50,468 bases of DNA, taken from the NCBI GenBank assembly GCA_946404035.1, contig CAMJCC010000003.1:1-50468 (forward strand), written 5' to 3'. This DNA comes from an uncultured Clostridia bacterium. Its GTDB lineage: Bacteria; Bacillota; Clostridia; Oscillospirales; CAG-272. Below the pieces are notes generated by a model that made no database searches, had not been told where the DNA came from, and was given only the letters and a program-made list of their open reading frames with translations. The translations under genes were made by a program, and so were the position numbers. Below are positions 45,834 to 50,468 of this stretch, piece after piece. Position 1 is the stretch's first letter; every line of letters starts with the position of its first letter.

Positions 45834-46571
45834 ATGGAAAGTACGGCATTTTCGGGAAAACGGGTGATCGTGACCGGCGGGTCCAGGGGGATCGGCGCGG
45901 AGATCGTCCGTTCATTTGCGCGCGAGGGTGCGAAGGTCGCCTTTCTCTATCATAACTCTGTCGAAGCCGCCCAAAACGTTGCGAAAGAGACCGGGGCGAC
46001 CCCGATCCGATGTGATCTTGCAGACCCCTATGACGCCGAACGCGCGATCCAAGAGGCGGAAACGGCGCTCTCGGGGGTCGATATCCTGGTCAACAACGCC
46101 GGGATCGCGGCGTCGGGGCTTTTGCAGGATCTGTCCCAGAAAGAGTGGGACCGTCTTGTCGCGGTGGATCTGACCTCGGTTTACGTCTGTTGCCGTCTGC
46201 TTATTCCGGAAATGGTCCGGCAGGGGTACGGGCGGATCGTCAATATCTCCTCGATCTGGGGGATGGTCGGCGCGTCCTGCGAGGTGGCGTACTCCGCCGT
46301 TAAAGCGGGCGTGATCGGGTTTTCCAAGGCGCTTGCCAAGGAACTCGGTCCCTCCGGGATCACGGTCAACTGCGTCGCGCCCGGCGTGATCGACACGGAT
46401 ATGATGAACGGTTACGACGAGGAGACAAAGCGCACGCTTGCCGAAGATACGCCGCTCGGGCGGCTCGGTACGCCCCGGGATATCGCCGCGGCTGTGCTCT
46501 TCCTTTCGGGTGACGGCGGGTCGTTCATCACGGGGCAGGTACTTTCCCCGAACGGCGGGTTCGTGATTTAA
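45834..46571 (+). CDS. FabG-like SDR, YmfI type (EF-P 5-aminopentanone reductase-like)
   Basis: TGGSRGIG, NNAG, ISSIWGMVGASCEVAYSAVK (YmfI-like signature), SPNGG; start reset to 45834. Confidence 0.8.
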   Translation: MESTAFSGKRVIVTGGSRGIGAEIVRSFAREGAKVAFLYHNSVEAAQNVAKETGATPIRCDLADPYDAERAIQEAETALSGVDILVNNAGIAASGLLQDLSQKEWDRLVAVDLTSVYVCCRLLIPEMVRQGYGRIVNISSIWGMVGASCEVAYSAVKAGVIGFSKALAKELGPSGITVNCVAPGVIDTDMMNGYDEETKRTLAEDTPLGRLGTPRDIAAAVLFLSGDGGSFITGQVLSPNGGFVI

Positions 46572-46590
46572 AAAAAGTTTTCGTCGGTAC

Positions 46591-46619
46591 TTGCTTTTAC
46601 TATTTCTCTATGTTATAAT
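46591..46619 (+). promoter_or_regulatory. sigma-A promoter for SRP RNA
   Basis: TTGCTT-17-TATAAT with TG extension. Confidence 0.75.
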
Positions 46620-46663
46620 ATCTGTCGGAACACGGTGCGCCGTGATTCCGGGTGTCGGACGGA

Positions 46664-46933
46664 GTCATACTATCCGGGGAGGCAGCGGTGCCCTGTACCC
46701 GAAATCCGCTTTAGCGGGGGTGAATTCCGATCCCGAGGGATACTTCTGTATAGTCTGCGCCGTTTCGAGTTGCGTTGAACGATGGGTCTTCCGCAATCGG
46801 CGGCTGTGAACCATGTCAGGCGGGGAACCGAGCAGCATTAAGCGGTTTGTCCGATGTGCCGGAAGGGCGCCTGTCCGGAGCAGCGAGGGCGGTTAACGTA
46901 TGTAGGAGCATTCTCGACGGAGCGGTGTATGGC
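46664..46933 (+). ncRNA. ffs: large bacterial SRP RNA (scRNA, with Alu domain)
   Basis: ggggaggcagcggtgccctgtacc..aatccgct..agc Alu region; helix 8 gaaccatgtcagg..ggaa..agcagc; terminal gtcatac/gtatggc stem; located upstream of dnaX. Confidence 0.93.
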
Positions 46934-46969
46934 TCTGTCCGACGTCCGGAATCTGCCGTCCGGCAGATC

Positions 46970-47019
46970 GGGGTCGTCGCATTTTCGGTCTCGATCCGAT
47001 GCGACGCCCCTTTTTCTTT
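46970..47019 (+). terminator. terminator after SRP RNA
   Basis: ggggtcgtcgcat..atgcgacgcccc followed by tttttcttt. Confidence 0.75.
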
Positions 47020-47047
47020 GTTTCAATCCCGTGAAAGGAGACCGAGA

Positions 47048-48634
47048 ATGTACCGAGCCCTGTACCGTAAGTGGCGCCCTGCGATCTTCGACGACGTGGT
47101 GGGTCAGCCCCAGGTGACCGATATCCTGAAATATCAGGTGGCGGAAAACCGCGTGTCGCACGCGTACCTCTTCTGCGGCTCCCGCGGAACGGGGAAGACC
47201 ACCTGCGCCAAGATCCTGGCCAAGGCGGTCAACTGCCTGCATCCCGTGAACGGCAACCCCTGCAACGAATGCGAGGCGTGCCGGTCGATCGACGCCGGGG
47301 TCGCCACCGACGTGATCGAGATGGACGCCGCCAGCAACAACGGCGTCGACAACGTCCGGGATATGAAAGAGGAGATCGTCTTCACCCCGGCGGAACTGAA
47401 ATACCGCGTCTACATCATCGACGAGGTCCACATGATGAGCGGCAGCGCGTTCAACGCTCTGCTCAAAACCCTGGAAGAGCCGCCCGCCTACGTTCTTTTT
47501 ATTCTGGCGACTACCGAACTGAACAAACTGCCCGCGACCATCGTTTCGCGGTGCCAGCGTTTTGATTTCCGTCGCATCTCGTCCGAGGGGATCGTCGGGC
47601 ATCTTTCCAAGATCGCCAAAGCCGAGGGGATCGAACTCTCCGACGGCGGCGCGCGCATCATCGCGCGGATGGCGCTGGGCGGGATGCGCGACTCGATCAG
47701 TTTGCTGGAACTCTGCGCCGGGACCAACGAACCGGTAAACGAGGAACTGGTGACCCGCGTCCTCGGCGTCGGGAGCCGCGAACTCCCGGGGCAGATCGTG
47801 GACGCCGCGTCCGACCGCGATTACCCGACGCTCTACCGGCTGGTGTCCGACGTCGTCAACTCGGCGCAGGACCTGACCGTCTTCTTTACCGAACTGATCT
47901 CCTATTACCGCGATCTGACCGTCGCCAAGACCCTCGGGGACGGCGCGGCGACCTATCTCGATCTGTCCGACGCGGCGTTCCGTTCGCTTTCCGAGCGCGC
48001 GAAACGCATCCCGCTCGGTCGCTTGCTCTATCAGAGCAAATTGCTCGAAGATACGCTCGAGACCCTCCGCCGCGGAAGCGGGGATCGCCGCGCGACGGCG
48101 GAACTTGCCCTGACGCGCCTTGCGGAGCCGCGCCTCTCGACCTCGCCCGACGCGATGCTCGCGCGGATCGAGGAACTTGAAAAGCAGGTCGCGCTCCTGC
48201 GTACCGGTGCGACCGTTCCGAAACCGCAGGAAAAGAAAGCGAAGCAGGAAACGCCTTCCGCGGAGGTTAAGGAAGAACCGAAAGAAGAAGTCAAACCGAA
48301 AACCGAGGAAACGCCCGCCGCTCCCGAAAAAAAGGAGCCGAAAAAGAGCGCGGACGCTCCCGGACCGATTGCCAAATGGAACCTGATCCTGGACGAGTTC
48401 GGTCGGATCAAACCGGCGCTGTTGCCGTTTATGCGCGGATCCTCCGCGACGGTCTCGGACGGGGTCGTGACGGTCGCGCTCACGGTCGGGATGTTCCTTT
48501 CGCTTGTCGACGGGGACGAAACGGCGAAGACCGTTTTGCTCAGTTTGCTGACCGAGCACGGCGTTCAGGCAAATTCGGTCCGGTTCACCTCCGGGGCGCA
48601 AAAGAAGAATAACGACGGTCAGATCGAGTTCTGA
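47048..48634 (+). CDS. dnaX: DNA polymerase III subunit gamma/tau
   Basis: MYRALYRKWRP, GSRGTGKTT, CNECEAC, IDEVHM, NALLKTLEEPP, SRCQRF; start reset to ATG 47048. Confidence 0.97.
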   Translation: MYRALYRKWRPAIFDDVVGQPQVTDILKYQVAENRVSHAYLFCGSRGTGKTTCAKILAKAVNCLHPVNGNPCNECEACRSIDAGVATDVIEMDAASNNGVDNVRDMKEEIVFTPAELKYRVYIIDEVHMMSGSAFNALLKTLEEPPAYVLFILATTELNKLPATIVSRCQRFDFRRISSEGIVGHLSKIAKAEGIELSDGGARIIARMALGGMRDSISLLELCAGTNEPVNEELVTRVLGVGSRELPGQIVDAASDRDYPTLYRLVSDVVNSAQDLTVFFTELISYYRDLTVAKTLGDGAATYLDLSDAAFRSLSERAKRIPLGRLLYQSKLLEDTLETLRRGSGDRRATAELALTRLAEPRLSTSPDAMLARIEELEKQVALLRTGATVPKPQEKKAKQETPSAEVKEEPKEEVKPKTEETPAAPEKKEPKKSADAPGPIAKWNLILDEFGRIKPALLPFMRGSSATVSDGVVTVALTVGMFLSLVDGDETAKTVLLSLLTEHGVQANSVRFTSGAQKKNNDGQIEF

Positions 48635-48651
48635 CCGGGGAGGAGAAAGAT

Positions 48652-49017
48652 ATGAAAGTCAGACTTCCGCAGGGGAACGGCGGCGCCGGGAATATGCAGC
48701 AACTGATGAAGCAGGCGCAGCAGATGCAGGAGGATATGGCAAACCTGCAGGCGGAACTGGAGACCCGTGAATACGAGGTCTCGGCGGGCGGCGGAGCCGT
48801 CACGGTCAAGATCAACGGGAAAAAGGAGATCACGGGGCTGGAGATCGACCCCGAGATCGTCGATCCCGACGACATCGAGACGATGTCCGATATCATCATC
48901 GCCGGCGTGAACCAGGCGATCCGCACGGTCAGCGACACCGAGAAAGCCGAAATGGACAAGATCACGGGTCAGATGCCGGGTCTCGGCGGCGGGCTTGGCG
49001 GAGGTTTCGGTTTCTGA
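48652..49017 (+). CDS. ybaB: YbaB/EbfC nucleoid-associated protein
   Basis: MQQLMKQAQQMQ, SAGGGAVTV, DPDDIE; lies between dnaX and recR. Confidence 0.93.
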   Translation: MKVRLPQGNGGAGNMQQLMKQAQQMQEDMANLQAELETREYEVSAGGGAVTVKINGKKEITGLEIDPEIVDPDDIETMSDIIIAGVNQAIRTVSDTEKAEMDKITGQMPGLGGGLGGGFGF

Positions 49018-49619
49018 TGGCGGAGTATATCGCGCCGCTCCAACGGCTGATCGACGAGTTCCGGCGTCTGCCCGGTATCGGGGGAAAGACGGCGGTCCGC
49101 CTTGCTTTTTCGGTCATTGCGGGGACCGACGAGGCGGCACAGAGTTTCTCAGATGCGATCCTTCGCGCCAAACGCGAGATCAAGACCTGTTCGCGGTGCT
49201 GTAATATGTCGGAGGGCGACCTTTGTCCCGTCTGCTCCGATCCCGACCGCGACGGGGGTCTTGTCTGCGTCGTCGAGGACGCGCGCGACGTGATGGCGAT
49301 GGAGCGCGTGCGCGACTATCGCGGGACCTACCACGTTCTCGGCGGGGCGCTCTCTCCGATGAACGGTATTGGACCCGACGCCCTTCATATCAAGGAGTTG
49401 CTTGCCCGGATCGAAAACGAGGAGATCAGGGAAGTGATCCTTGCCACCAACCCGACGGTGGAGGGTGAGGCGACCGCGATGTATCTGGCGCGCCTGCTGG
49501 CACCCACGGGGGTCAAGGTGACGCGTCTTGCCTACGGGATCCCCGTCGGGGGAGACCTGGAATACGCCGACGAGGTCACGCTGCACCGCGCGATGACCGG
49601 CCGTCAGGCGATCGATTGA
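49017..49619 (+). CDS. recR: recombination protein RecR
   Basis: LPGIGGKTA, CSRC..CPVC zinc finger, CVVE, ATNPTVEGEATA, GIPVGGDLEYADE. Confidence 0.97.
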   Translation: MAEYIAPLQRLIDEFRRLPGIGGKTAVRLAFSVIAGTDEAAQSFSDAILRAKREIKTCSRCCNMSEGDLCPVCSDPDRDGGLVCVVEDARDVMAMERVRDYRGTYHVLGGALSPMNGIGPDALHIKELLARIENEEIREVILATNPTVEGEATAMYLARLLAPTGVKVTRLAYGIPVGGDLEYADEVTLHRAMTGRQAID

Positions 49620-49644
49620 ACGTCCGAAAGGAAGTAGTATTCGT

Positions 49645-50082
49645 ATGCCCGTTTATATGCCGTATCTTTGGCTCGGCGTCGTGTTCTGCGCCGCGATCGC
49701 GGAGGCGATCGGACGCCGAATGATCGCTCTTGCCCTTGTCCCGGGCGGGGTGGTCGCGTCGGTTTTCGCGTTTCTTCATTTGCCCGTGTGGGCGCAGATC
49801 CTTGCGTTCGTCTTCGTATCCGTCGCGTGCGGGTATCTCTTCTTCCGCCTTTTGCCCCGTCAAAAGTCCGGTTCCCGCCGGAATATCGGGGCGGAAGATC
49901 TGATCGGCGAGAGCGGGACGGTGATCGATCAGATCGACAATCTCGCCGGCTGCGGGCTGGTTTCGGTGAACGGCGAGGAATGGGCGGCACGCTCGATCGA
50001 CTACGACGGGATCATCGACGAGGGGGCGACTGTCTCGGTCGTCGCCGTCGAGGGCGTACGGTTGATCTGTCGGCAGATCTGA
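49645..50082 (+). CDS. NfeD-family membrane protein (short form, OB-fold C-terminus)
   Basis: Hydrophobic N-terminus, LIGESGTV, VSVNGEEWAARS, VVAVEGVRL. Confidence 0.88.
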   Translation: MPVYMPYLWLGVVFCAAIAEAIGRRMIALALVPGGVVASVFAFLHLPVWAQILAFVFVSVACGYLFFRLLPRQKSGSRRNIGAEDLIGESGTVIDQIDNLAGCGLVSVNGEEWAARSIDYDGIIDEGATVSVVAVEGVRLICRQI

Positions 50083-50153
50083 CCGTCCCGATGACCCCCG
50101 TCGGAACGCTCTTTTCACGGCGGTTTTTTCCCGTTTTTATTTTGCAAAACCAC

Positions 50154-50182
50154 TTGACAAAGGAAACCCGATTTGTTATAAT
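50154..50182 (+). promoter_or_regulatory. consensus sigma-A promoter for the tRNA pair
   Basis: TTGACA-17-TATAAT with TG extension and an upstream AT-rich tract. Confidence 0.88.
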
Positions 50183-50202
50183 AATTGTCGTTTCACGGAA
50201 AT

Positions 50203-50279
<77 letters not shown>

Positions 50280-50285
50280 CGGTAC

Positions 50286-50363
50286 GGAGGATGTAGCTCA
50301 GTTGGTGGCAGCGCCAGGTTGTGGCCCTGGAGGTCGTGGGTTCAAGTCCCATCATTCTCCCCA
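50286..50363 (+). tRNA. tRNA-His (GTG) with encoded G-1
   Basis: G-1:C73, acceptor gaggatg/cattctc, anticodon arm ccagg-ttGTGgc-cctgg, TTCAAGT T-loop, CCA. Confidence 0.95.
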
Positions 50364-50412
50364 ATAACAAGACCCGCGCCCTTTGTGGCGCGGGTCTTGT
50401 TATTGGGGAGAA
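50355..50412. repeat. perfect 26-bp inverted repeat that includes the tRNA-His 3' end
   Basis: ttctccccaataacaagacccgcgcc-ctttgt-ggcgcgggtcttgttattggggagaa. Confidence 0.9.
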
Positions 50413-50434
50413 CCCGGTCCTGCTTGAACCCACC

Positions 50435-50463
50435 GAGTTTTCGCCACAGAGTGGCGAAAACTC
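50435..50463. repeat. 13-bp hairpin at the window end
   Basis: gagttttcgccac-aga-gtggcgaaaactc. Confidence 0.85.
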
Positions 50464-50468
50464 TAAAC

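Noticed and set aside
46591-47047. 91-codon N-terminal extension of dnaX and a 72-aa ORF
   Set aside because: The region is the SRP RNA and its terminator; dnaX has a clear RBS at ATG 47048.
48225-48350. A-rich runs in dnaX as an E. coli-type -1 frameshift site
   Set aside because: The runs encode a K/E/P-rich linker. An A-run at about 48327-48334 exists, but I could not identify the stimulatory stem-loop or upstream SD, so it is not supportable.

Overview
Chromosomal window from a GC-rich, probably spore-forming Clostridia-like (Bacillota) bacterium. The taxonomy is an inference from spoIVA, the long Alu-type SRP RNA in ffs-dnaX-ybaB-recR order, metG-tatD, lepA-hemW and many TTGACA-17-TATAAT promoters. 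Most of it is housekeeping: htpG, lepA, hemW, asnA, dxs, metG, tatD, nadA, dnaX, recR, mscL, 6S RNA, SRP RNA, tRNA-Arg(TCT) and tRNA-His(GTG). Points worth follow-up: (1) the first ~1.8 kb looks like the end of an acquired redox-cargo element, closed by direct repeats and an att-like dyad; (2) a four-gene operon with LuxP/LuxQ/LuxU-like logic (hybrid kinase, transporter-less solute-binding lipoprotein, REC-degenerate GGDEF-EAL protein, Hpt), predicted to control c-di-GMP breakdown; (3) a uxuAB operon without uxaC that instead carries two TIM-barrel sugar isomerases, a Gfo/Idh/MocA oxidoreductase and a MIF tautomerase; (4) several apparent pseudo-enzymes or pseudo-regulators (half prephenate dehydratase coupled to htpG, pseudo-receiver wHTH upstream of a lone nadA, degenerate Smr protein); (5) unusual RNA or DNA structures, including an anti-tRNA inverted repeat after tRNA-His, a hairpin-split Shine-Dalgarno for asnA, and a Rex-like box on a secreted phosphoesterase gene. 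All family calls come from reading motifs by eye; no database searches were run. No CRISPR array, rRNA, transposase or integrase gene was seen.
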